From a virus (taxonomy: Duplodnaviria; Caudoviricetes): 64,000 nt of DNA. Below, in pieces: positions 18,126-26,034 of this stretch. Under the pieces are notes generated by a model. That model had not been told where the DNA came from. It made no database searches and was given only the letters and a program-made list of their open reading frames with translations. Each line of letters opens with the position of its first letter. Position 1 is the stretch's first letter. A program made the translations under genes and the position numbers. The stretch lies in the IMG/VR virus record IMGVR_UViG_2595698524_000001, positions 159,990 to 223,989 of that record. One strand, written 5' to 3'.

Positions 18126-18844
18126 TTTTTACGCGTCGGTGTTTAGTTGATGTTAGTTGTTTTTTAGATGACCGCATTGCGCTGGTCGCTGTACGCCATC
18201 CTGAACTGATGGAAAAGCTCGACTACGATGCGTACCGGTTACGCATTACGGAAGTATGGGCCAAAATTATTGGTATCGATAACTTCTTAGCGGAATACAA
18301 AACGCGGGATGTGTCGGTACTGAAAGCTGCGCTACCGACGCAATTTATCAAAGCGTTCCGTGAGCGTCTCGAGGAAGACCTGTTAGCGATTAAGCTGTCA
18401 GCGCCAATCGAACGACCCACGTTAACAGTCAACCTCTATCCTTACAGCCACTTAAGCGTCCCCGAACGTAATGCGTTCAGAGAGGTGTTCAGTGAGCTGT
18501 TCCCGATGGTTCAGGTCAACGTGGTGTGTATCTCGTTAGATGACTTAACACCCGAATACCTTCGCTCGAACTGGGATAGTTGGTTCACGTACGATTTTTA
18601 TCCGTGGCTTGAGATAAACGCTAAGCGGTTATCCACACGCATTCCACGGTTTGTGATTCATCGTCCGGGTATCCTTACCGATGAGCTTACCCCAGAGACG
18701 ATTGAAGCGATTAAGCGAGATAAGGCCGATCCGTTTGCAGAGTCAAAAAAATTCCTTGCCGAGTACGTAGCTGTTGAAACGCTCAAAGCTGAGCTTTTCT
18801 GCCACGTACCCGGTTTGGACATTATGCCGAAACGTCAGATTTAA
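18122..18844 (+). CDS. Conserved hypothetical protein
   Basis: ATGA overlap; 240-aa ORF. Confidence 0.75.
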   Translation: MIFTRRCLVDVSCFLDDRIALVAVRHPELMEKLDYDAYRLRITEVWAKIIGIDNFLAEYKTRDVSVLKAALPTQFIKAFRERLEEDLLAIKLSAPIERPTLTVNLYPYSHLSVPERNAFREVFSELFPMVQVNVVCISLDDLTPEYLRSNWDSWFTYDFYPWLEINAKRLSTRIPRFVIHRPGILTDELTPETIEAIKRDKADPFAESKKFLAEYVAVETLKAELFCHVPGLDIMPKRQI

Positions 18845-19289
18845 TCTTACTGAATTCGTTGTTCATGATTTCTTCAACGTCAATCGTTTCACCCACGGAG
18901 GAGAGTTCCCCGTCGATGTGATTGGCGGCAGGGATATCAGGAATTTCTGGGTGGTAATCAGCGTTGTTTTCTGGCGGTTCATCATGCCGTGCAATCTTCG
19001 CGCCCAGTCGTTCAGTGAGTACCTGATTAATTGCGTTAGCCAAGTCGCCCATTTTCTCGGACGATTTTTCTTGAGCAGCAATACGGCGGCGGTTTGTCAC
19101 CTGTGTGTCAATACCAGACAGCATTTTGTTCAGGCTATTGATTTCGTCTTTGTCCAGATTTGCAGCTGGCTTAGACATAATGGCATCAGCCACGGTGACA
19201 CGTATCCGCTGGGTATGGCGCTCTAGCGCAACATCGTCGGCAATATCACCATCAAAGCTCTGATGCGACAGCTTTACATCCTCGCTCAT
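18822..19289 (-). CDS. Hypothetical protein
   Basis: GAGAGG RBS before MSEDV start at 19289. Confidence 0.7.
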   Translation of the reverse strand: MSEDVKLSHQSFDGDIADDVALERHTQRIRVTVADAIMSKPAANLDKDEINSLNKMLSGIDTQVTNRRRIAAQEKSSEKMGDLANAINQVLTERLGAKIARHDEPPENNADYHPEIPDIPAANHIDGELSSVGETIDVEEIMNNEFSKIKSDVSA

Positions 19290-19312
19290 ACAGTACCTCT
19301 CTAAAAGGAAAC

Positions 19313-19332
19313 GGATATATGTTATCAATGTG
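19313..19332 (+). promoter_or_regulatory. Putative early promoter
   Basis: GGATATATGTTATCAATGTG. Confidence 0.55.
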
Positions 19333-19333
19333 C

Positions 19334-19840
19334 ATGGGGTGGTTTAAAAAGCGTCTCTATAAACGTCGTAGAGAGCAGCTGTTAGCCACGTTTCATAAGA
19401 ACAGTAACAATCTATACCTGCACGTGATTACTGGCTTAGAACTGCTTACAGAGCCGTTAGAATTTGAATCGGAAAACTACATTCCCTTGTCGCTATTCGG
19501 CAACGTCGATAGTAGCGTTCCGCAATTCGACATTCTGCGTCAACGGCTCGAATGGCATTTAGAAAACTTTGAAAGGGTTATACGAGGAGGCGAATACCGG
19601 AACCTGCCTGAAGCGCTGTCGCGCAAAAACGATATGCCCCTGCCACGGTGGAAGGACCAGTTCTTCCTGACCACCAATTCCGATAATGTCCGTCGGCAAC
19701 TGGCAGTTATTAGAGAACTTCTCGTCACGTACGAAGCTGTCTATGTACAGCGTCAGACGCGTCAGGAAGAAGATGTGTTGTGGCGACAAACCCAACCCGT
19801 CTTACGCGAGTTAGAGATCATAGTGGAGCACTTTCTCTAA
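19334..19840 (+). CDS. Hypothetical protein (start uncertain, 19319-19334)
   Basis: ~170-aa ORF divergent from previous gene. Confidence 0.65.
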   Translation: MGWFKKRLYKRRREQLLATFHKNSNNLYLHVITGLELLTEPLEFESENYIPLSLFGNVDSSVPQFDILRQRLEWHLENFERVIRGGEYRNLPEALSRKNDMPLPRWKDQFFLTTNSDNVRRQLAVIRELLVTYEAVYVQRQTRQEEDVLWRQTQPVLRELEIIVEHFL

Positions 19841-19872
19841 CATCACCGCCAACCTTGGAGCAAGGATGGAAA

Positions 19873-20694
19873 ATGGACGATATTCAAGACTCGATAGTTA
19901 CCGGGACGCCGCAAGACCCGCCTACTGGTAAGTATCTACAGAAGTGTTTCTGGGAATTGTACGACCAATTAAATCCCGACCCGCGAATGTGGAAGCGATT
20001 GGTACGCGAGTATGTAGAAGACGAACGCTTTATCGGCAAGTCGACTGCTTCACCCGAAGAACGTATCTCTCGACTGACCACCGCCCTGAGTCGTGGTAAC
20101 ATTAAGCATCTGCAACCCGATTTAACGTGGAAGCGTTTTATCGAGGGCTTGGTGTTCCTCAAGATTCAATCTCTACGCGTCACGGCAACTGCCTTTCGTG
20201 GCAACTGGAAAACGAAGAGGACGGTATCCGCTGTCACTCGTCCTGAGACTGACCATCTCCGGGCTGTGAATAAAGAGGATGAAGAAGTGTTTGCTGAATC
20301 AGTCGGCCGAACACTCAACCGTTACTTCGATAACCCAGAGAAAACCGCGACACGGGTTATGGAACACATCTTACTGAAATTATTTTGGCAGGCCATCGCC
20401 CAGTACAAGATTGATAGCCGCATGTGGAAGGAACTGTTAATCGTTTACGTTAACAATCCGAAGAACTGTCCGCAAATCAAATCGCGTCGTAACGATGCCC
20501 GTCATAATCTCCAACAATCTATTCGTCGAACCAAAAAGTTAACATGGCGCTTCTTCCTTAAAGCAATGCAGGCGATTGACGTCCGCGAGCTTCGGATGGC
20601 GTTTCTCTTTACAACCGAGAGCGGTAAAGAGGTGGAGTGTTACTTTGTTGTTGATTTGACGAAGCATACGTTTAAGAGCGGTAAAGATGAGTAA
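19873..20694 (+). CDS. Basic protein made of two tandem ~110-aa repeats
   Basis: AGGA RBS; repeated L.K.FW...D.RMWK.L...YV...LTW..F motif. Confidence 0.75.
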   Translation: MDDIQDSIVTGTPQDPPTGKYLQKCFWELYDQLNPDPRMWKRLVREYVEDERFIGKSTASPEERISRLTTALSRGNIKHLQPDLTWKRFIEGLVFLKIQSLRVTATAFRGNWKTKRTVSAVTRPETDHLRAVNKEDEEVFAESVGRTLNRYFDNPEKTATRVMEHILLKLFWQAIAQYKIDSRMWKELLIVYVNNPKNCPQIKSRRNDARHNLQQSIRRTKKLTWRFFLKAMQAIDVRELRMAFLFTTESGKEVECYFVVDLTKHTFKSGKDE

Positions 20695-21937
20695 CCTACT
20701 TGATAGCGCATTGGCAGGCGCAAAAGCAGGCTGGGGTGCCGTATCCGGTAGCGGAACATCGGCAGACCAGCTTACTAAAGCCGTGGGTGGTCTTTATGAC
20801 CAAATCGCAAAGAAAGATGCAGTACAGCAGGCTGCGTCTGTAAGGGGGAGTGGTAGCGGGACAGGCCCGACTACTCGCCCGACTATCTTTGAAACCGACC
20901 CGACCGGGATGCTTCCGGAACTCGACCCGATTCTTCGTAAGGTAGCAGTGCCTTTCGAAGGGCTCGACAAGATGGGCAAACAGGTATTGGATTACCTTGA
21001 CCCGTCGGGTAAGTTAACTAACCTCGCGAAGAAAGCCGCTGACGCTTTACCGGGGGAATTAAAAGAAGCGGGTACTAAACTCGCTCGAGGCGACATCGTC
21101 GACGCCGCAAAAGGAATTACGGGGCTAAACAGCTTCAAGGATGTGAACCAGTTAATCACCACAAAGGATGGGAAGTTCGGTTTGGACTTTGCGTCGGTGA
21201 AAGGTCGCATCGAAAAATCGTTCGGTATTAACGGCGGGTTGAACGGGCTATCACCGCAAATCCAAAACCTCATCGGTAAAGCCTCAACAGAAATGTACGG
21301 CGATGAGATGGGTGGGATATTCAACAGCGTTGTTGGTGCTGTTGTCAATGCGGACTTCGATTCGGTTTCTGGCGTTACTGATGTCATCAACCGTATCACG
21401 GGTCAGTCTAAACTCTGGGATGTGTTCGATTTAGGTGCTGCGTCTGCGCTTATCTACGGGTTGACGGACAAGCTCATTGAGTGGGACACGCCAAGCCTCA
21501 TTGATGGGGTGCTCGATAAAATCACTGATGTTAAAGCGCAGAAGGCCATGCTCGATGAGCTGGCAATTCGTGCCAGTGCATCAGGTTCACTGAAGTCCAC
21601 CGAGTATTACGTGGCGAAACTCAGTGAGGAGCGCAAGAACGCGATTGCGGATTTGGTCATCAGTAACATGATGCGCAGTCTGAGCTTCTGGGCCTCAAGC
21701 GGTGACGAGGTTTCTTACGGTGATTACGGTCGTCGTCTGATAAGTCTGTTTGGCAGCCTGAATCCGAAGTGGGACCGTGACCCCTACGACCCCACTACCC
21801 CGAGCTGCTATTATTTCACCCTCATGAACGAAACTGCTTACAAGTCATTATTGACCACGGATAAGCGTCCGTTCTGCGCCGTCTTCGGCATCGTTACGCG
21901 AGATGATGTGGATACGATCATCTCCGATAGCTTTTAG
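20687..21937 (+). CDS. Probable virion protein (Gly/Ala-rich N-terminus)
   Basis: 416-aa ORF in coupled operon; role inferred. Confidence 0.7.
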   Translation: MSNLLDSALAGAKAGWGAVSGSGTSADQLTKAVGGLYDQIAKKDAVQQAASVRGSGSGTGPTTRPTIFETDPTGMLPELDPILRKVAVPFEGLDKMGKQVLDYLDPSGKLTNLAKKAADALPGELKEAGTKLARGDIVDAAKGITGLNSFKDVNQLITTKDGKFGLDFASVKGRIEKSFGINGGLNGLSPQIQNLIGKASTEMYGDEMGGIFNSVVGAVVNADFDSVSGVTDVINRITGQSKLWDVFDLGAASALIYGLTDKLIEWDTPSLIDGVLDKITDVKAQKAMLDELAIRASASGSLKSTEYYVAKLSEERKNAIADLVISNMMRSLSFWASSGDEVSYGDYGRRLISLFGSLNPKWDRDPYDPTTPSCYYFTLMNETAYKSLLTTDKRPFCAVFGIVTRDDVDTIISDSF

Positions 21938-22965
21938 TGGGAGAAGTTATGATTACCATTAACCCGAAAGTAGTACCGTTAACACGTCTGGCAGGGTTGC
22001 TGAGGGTGTTAACGCTGGGTACGCGCTACGACCATTCTTGCCAAGGAGAAGGTAAAGAGAAAGTCATTGCCCGTATCAGACACGACATGTTGTTAGAGCA
22101 GGTGTTTCCATCGAAGTTCGAAGAGGGGATGTCTGAGCTGGCGCTGCTCGAGATTTATAAAACGGGGAAATACGATGCGAAGTACGGCATAGCCATGGCA
22201 CAGCGGAACGGCTTAAACCTGCCGAAAGCGAATGCCCACGACTACGATGTGACCAAATGCAGTTTGAGGTCGCTGAGCGTACATCCCGGACCGCTGCGTC
22301 ATGACCGCGATACCGAACTGTTCGTGCATATGCGTCGTATTGGTGCGGTGTCGATTGTGGGTGAGCAGGAAGATGGTACTGACGGGGTTAACCATGTCAA
22401 TATCTATTCGGATGGGCGCACCATGGTAGGTCGTCTCGCCAGTAATTTTAGCGAAGGTCCATTCGAGACAATAGACGGTACGTTCTTCACGCTTGAAGGC
22501 TACTATCACTGGTTGCGCATTCGTGACTGGACACAGGCTACCAAATACGCTTTTAACATGGCGGCGATGGAAGACATGTATCCGGGCCTACGGAAACTGC
22601 GGACTGTGACCGGTACGGAAGCCATTCGCTTAGGGCGCACACTCAAGTCCAACATCTACGGCGGTACGAAATACCGTACAGGGCCTTTCTCGAAAGAGTC
22701 GTTGGAGCGTTTTCGTTGGGCGTTAGCCGGGAAGTTACACAAGCTGCGTTACAATAATGTGACACTGGGTAACTATTTGTCGATGATGGTGTATTGCGGT
22801 TTTCCGTTAACGCATTACTACGTGTATAACGGTAAAGTGAAATACCCGGACTTCCGCGAGTGGTTGCCTAACTTATTGTCTGGCTTGTTGGAACATATAG
22901 ACCCCAACGATTCGGACTTCGATTTAGCTGCGCTACAAGCGAAAATAACAGAGGGTTCGATATGA
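21937..22965 (+). CDS. Protein with NADAR/YbiA-like C-terminal domain
   Basis: GRLASNFSEGPFETIDGTFFTLEGYYHWL resembles NADAR LSNF...PF..DG..F.T.E.Y; EAIRLGR. Confidence 0.55.
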   Translation: MGEVMITINPKVVPLTRLAGLLRVLTLGTRYDHSCQGEGKEKVIARIRHDMLLEQVFPSKFEEGMSELALLEIYKTGKYDAKYGIAMAQRNGLNLPKANAHDYDVTKCSLRSLSVHPGPLRHDRDTELFVHMRRIGAVSIVGEQEDGTDGVNHVNIYSDGRTMVGRLASNFSEGPFETIDGTFFTLEGYYHWLRIRDWTQATKYAFNMAAMEDMYPGLRKLRTVTGTEAIRLGRTLKSNIYGGTKYRTGPFSKESLERFRWALAGKLHKLRYNNVTLGNYLSMMVYCGFPLTHYYVYNGKVKYPDFREWLPNLLSGLLEHIDPNDSDFDLAALQAKITEGSI

Positions 22966-23627
22966 CTTTTAGTCTGACTGCCATGCTCGAAGGGCTGGAC
23001 AAAGACAAGGAGTGGGGTCATCAACAGGCTGCTCAGGAATCTATCTCGGTTGAGAAAGAGAAAGAGTATTGCCTGTGGGTGAAGCCAACGTCTGCAGGGT
23101 GGCAGTGGCTGGGTGAGCAACAGAGTACGCCGACACTGGATATTCTGATGCCTATCGAAGGGGCACGTCGTCGCTGCCGCATTCGTCCGGATGGGGCGAA
23201 GTTAACGTTGAAGCAACGTATCAACAATGAGACGGTGGAAGAGAACAGCGATATCGGTTTCGGTATGGCGTTGTCGTTCTACGCAGATGGGTTTAATGCT
23301 CACCTGTTCCGCCGTATTCATCTGGAAGCCGCTCCGGAATTAATGGAGCAGGGCGCGAAACACTGGGACATCGATATTTTCCATATCGTGCCACAGCATC
23401 CGCAACTGCCGGACATTCAGGCGCTGAACGATTTATCAGACACGCTTCGCCAGACCACCGCTTACGGTGATTTGGTAAAAGTGGAACTGGAGGTGGGGAC
23501 GTTCTTCACTGACAGCATCCGTGACCTACTGCCGTTTGAAGTCGAGGAGATTTATCCTTCTCGTCCGAAAGACGAAGAAACGCAGGTTATGTTGGCTGAT
23601 TACTGGGATAACATTACCAGTATTTGA
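22962..23627 (+). CDS. CYTH-like (triphosphate tunnel metalloenzyme) protein
   Basis: EKEKEY (ExExK-like), RIR, LTLK, EEN, WDIDIF, VELEV in CYTH order. Confidence 0.65.
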   Translation: MTFSLTAMLEGLDKDKEWGHQQAAQESISVEKEKEYCLWVKPTSAGWQWLGEQQSTPTLDILMPIEGARRRCRIRPDGAKLTLKQRINNETVEENSDIGFGMALSFYADGFNAHLFRRIHLEAAPELMEQGAKHWDIDIFHIVPQHPQLPDIQALNDLSDTLRQTTAYGDLVKVELEVGTFFTDSIRDLLPFEVEEIYPSRPKDEETQVMLADYWDNITSI

Positions 23628-23632
23628 TATAC

Positions 23633-23668
23633 ACCCAGCCCCGGTGGGCTGGGTTTCTTTCTTTTCTT
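23633..23668 (+). terminator. Intrinsic terminator
   Basis: ACCCAGCCC-CGGT-GGGCTGGGT plus T-rich tail. Confidence 0.8.
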
Positions 23669-23683
23669 CCTCAGGAGTATTCC

Positions 23684-24067
23684 ATGTTTCAGGTTAAAAT
23701 CAGCAAAGAAAATGTCTTGACCGTTAACGGTATTGAGGTTCCCGGTGGTTCCCAGCCGCGTTTCCTGTCTTTGTTCTCGCACATCACCCCGAATGCCAAA
23801 GTGGTTATTGGGACACCAAAAGGCCACAGTGTTGAACATCCGGATGCGGGTACGCACTACATCGCGTTTATCCGCGCTGACCAAGCAGCATTCGATATGC
23901 TGAAGCAGTTTGTCTCAACCGAGCCGGTTGACATGGAAAACGAAGAGACGGTTATCATTCGCGACGATGGTGATTTCCATGGCAAGCGCTATGCGGAAAT
24001 CTATCACGTTATCCGCCGCCCGAAAGCAGAAGTGGTTACCGACACCGCTGATTACGACGACGAGTAA
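23684..24067 (+). CDS. Hypothetical protein, tandem family member 1
   Basis: AGGAG RBS before MFQVK. Confidence 0.7.
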   Translation: MFQVKISKENVLTVNGIEVPGGSQPRFLSLFSHITPNAKVVIGTPKGHSVEHPDAGTHYIAFIRADQAAFDMLKQFVSTEPVDMENEETVIIRDDGDFHGKRYAEIYHVIRRPKAEVVTDTADYDDE

Positions 24068-24125
24068 TTTTTAACATCACGGCAGTTAGTTATGTAAATA
24101 CTGCTTTGTCGAGGCATAAGCTTAA

Positions 24126-24272
24126 ATGCGCAAAAAGTTCTGGCGTTCGATTCTAACCATTTTAGTCATACTGTCCATCGCAGGTTACGTAAGCGCAACC
24201 CTGCAAGCACTAATCTGGTCCGGTGTATTACGAACGTCGACGTATCACACATCTCGAGGTTACAATGAATAA
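24126..24272 (+). CDS. Small 48-aa membrane protein, not in ORF track
   Basis: MRKKFWRSILTILVILSIAGYVSATLQALIW...; GAGG upstream; TTTTAAC-N15-TATG motif at 24069-24094. Confidence 0.55.
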   Translation: MRKKFWRSILTILVILSIAGYVSATLQALIWSGVLRTSTYHTSRGYNE

Positions 24273-24720
24273 ATTCGACTTGACAGACGACTGGCGTATG
24301 ACCCTAAACGGGATGACGTCAGAGCCTATCACGGAAGAGCACCGTGAGCTGTTCGCTCGCCTGAGAAAGGTGGTGAAGGGGCATGAGTTTAAAATCATCC
24401 TGACCACCAATCCGTTAGCGCCGAACCCGAAAGCGATCGATGGCATTATCTATATGCCGGTTATCGCTGAAATCGCACCGAAAGAAGCTGACTTCATCCT
24501 GACCATGGGTAAGCTCACCAACGACGTGGACGGCGACTACGGTATGCACTGTCTGAAAGCCCGCACACCCGTCGTCAAAGACTGGGAAGTGCGTGGGGAC
24601 GGTCGTGAAGTGCTGACCGGTCGTGACGTGGTACTGGCGTTCATTCCGGGTGAAGACGTTCAGGGTCGTACTTTCATTAACTTCTGGGACGACTTCGATG
24701 CCGAACAAACTGAGAATTGA
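24265..24720 (+). CDS. Hypothetical protein, tandem family member 2
   Basis: GAGG RBS before MNKFD. Confidence 0.7.
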   Translation: MNKFDLTDDWRMTLNGMTSEPITEEHRELFARLRKVVKGHEFKIILTTNPLAPNPKAIDGIIYMPVIAEIAPKEADFILTMGKLTNDVDGDYGMHCLKARTPVVKDWEVRGDGREVLTGRDVVLAFIPGEDVQGRTFINFWDDFDAEQTEN

Positions 24721-25099
24721 AAACGACGAGATTGTCATCAATGACAAACCAATCGGCAATCTCAATCTGGCACGCTGGGTACTTGACGAGCTGGAAAACA
24801 AGTTCGGGCAAGATGAGTTCTACCTGACGGTCATCGGCGTGCCGCCGAACAATGACGCATGGAAAAACCGCATGCCGGTCATGCGCGAACTCAGTGAAGA
24901 AGGGTTCGTTACGCTTTACAAAGCGGCAACCATCCGCGGGTGGATTAGCGACCCTGAAGTGGCGGCCCACCTTGCTATGGTAGCAAACAAAGCTGTCCCG
25001 TTTGCGAACGGTCACGTCCCTGCGGATGCGAACGACCTGCTGTTGTGGGCGAACCACGACATTGAAAATAAAACCACAACCTATCATCTCGTTTATTAA
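24698..25099 (+). CDS. Hypothetical protein, tandem family member 3
   Basis: GGGA upstream of MPNKL. Confidence 0.7.
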   Translation: MPNKLRIENDEIVINDKPIGNLNLARWVLDELENKFGQDEFYLTVIGVPPNNDAWKNRMPVMRELSEEGFVTLYKAATIRGWISDPEVAAHLAMVANKAVPFANGHVPADANDLLLWANHDIENKTTTYHLVY

Positions 25100-25108
25100 G
25101 GAAACCTC

Positions 25109-25540
25109 ATGGAGCAGTCAATGCTAAACACACTGGAGTACAGTGACGAAGACCTGTACGTTAATAACCTGACCATTGTGTTGGACAAGCTCGACCCTGA
25201 GTATCTCACTGGTCTGGTAAAGCGTTTCCCAGAGCCGGTTGCTATCGTACACCTGTCGCGCTTGGCGCAGATTCCTGAAAACTATGAGCTGGCCAATCTC
25301 ATGGTGAAAGAAATCGCGTCTTACGAAGCGTCCGGCATTGTGAACTCATCCAGTGCTTATTCTTTGGTTGATGACCCGTCAATCAAGAAGGCCGTCTGCA
25401 AAGAGCTTATCGGTTCGCCGCATGATATGGTGATGGCCGCGCCACAGCCGTCTGCAGACTTCGATTACAAGAATGCGTTGTACATTGTCTTTACGGCAAC
25501 CGACGCCGGTATCGAATACGCATTAGCGTATTTTAAATAA
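25109..25540 (+). CDS. Hypothetical protein, tandem family member 4
   Basis: AAGGA RBS. Confidence 0.7.
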   Translation: MEQSMLNTLEYSDEDLYVNNLTIVLDKLDPEYLTGLVKRFPEPVAIVHLSRLAQIPENYELANLMVKEIASYEASGIVNSSSAYSLVDDPSIKKAVCKELIGSPHDMVMAAPQPSADFDYKNALYIVFTATDAGIEYALAYFK

Positions 25541-25546
25541 CACAGG

Positions 25547-25582
25547 GGTGTCTCTTCGGGGACACCTAAATTTAATTATTTT
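25547..25582 (+). terminator. Probable intrinsic terminator/hairpin
   Basis: GGTGTCTC-TTCG-GGGACACC followed by AT-rich tail. Confidence 0.6.
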
Positions 25583-25598
25583 TCGTGAGGTATTCATC

Positions 25599-25982
25599 AT
25601 GTTAAAGAAATGGTTAATTGCAATCTGCTGGTCAATGCTGTATTTCTCAAGCCACGCGTATGCGCTCTCTTTCAAAGAGGTCGCGAAATGGCCTGAACCG
25701 ATACGACCATCGTTTAGTACGGTCGTTGGGATGAACGATAACAAAGTGGCAATACAGGCAGGCGCGTATATCCTGATTCGTGCGTATGCAGGCGACGCTT
25801 GTCCTGCCGGCCAGTATTTCTTGGCTAACACTGAACTGCGCACCGTTACGTCTGTTGAAATCGGGACCTGCGACGAAGATGAACTGAGCTTCGGGGTCAA
25901 CAAAGCAAAAGGCACAGGCAATAACAAATCGATAGACGTATACAGTCACGGCGATTTAGCCGCCCGTATACCGGTCTATTGA
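25599..25982 (+). CDS. Exported (periplasmic) protein with signal peptide
   Basis: GAGG RBS; MLKKWLIAICWSMLYFSSHAYA signal (AxA); Cys pair in mature part. Confidence 0.7.
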   Translation: MLKKWLIAICWSMLYFSSHAYALSFKEVAKWPEPIRPSFSTVVGMNDNKVAIQAGAYILIRAYAGDACPAGQYFLANTELRTVTSVEIGTCDEDELSFGVNKAKGTGNNKSIDVYSHGDLAARIPVY

Positions 25983-25983
25983 T

Positions 25984-26030
25984 AAAAAAATAAAAGGTAC
26001 ACCCCCGGTTGGGGGTGTATTCTTTTTTTG
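25984..26030. terminator. Bidirectional terminator
   Basis: TACACCCCC-GGTT-GGGGGTGTA between A-run and T-run. Confidence 0.85.
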
Positions 26031-26034
26031 TTTC

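Noticed and set aside
18774-19226. 150-aa + strand ORF
   Set aside because: Antisense to the better supported 18822..19289 gene
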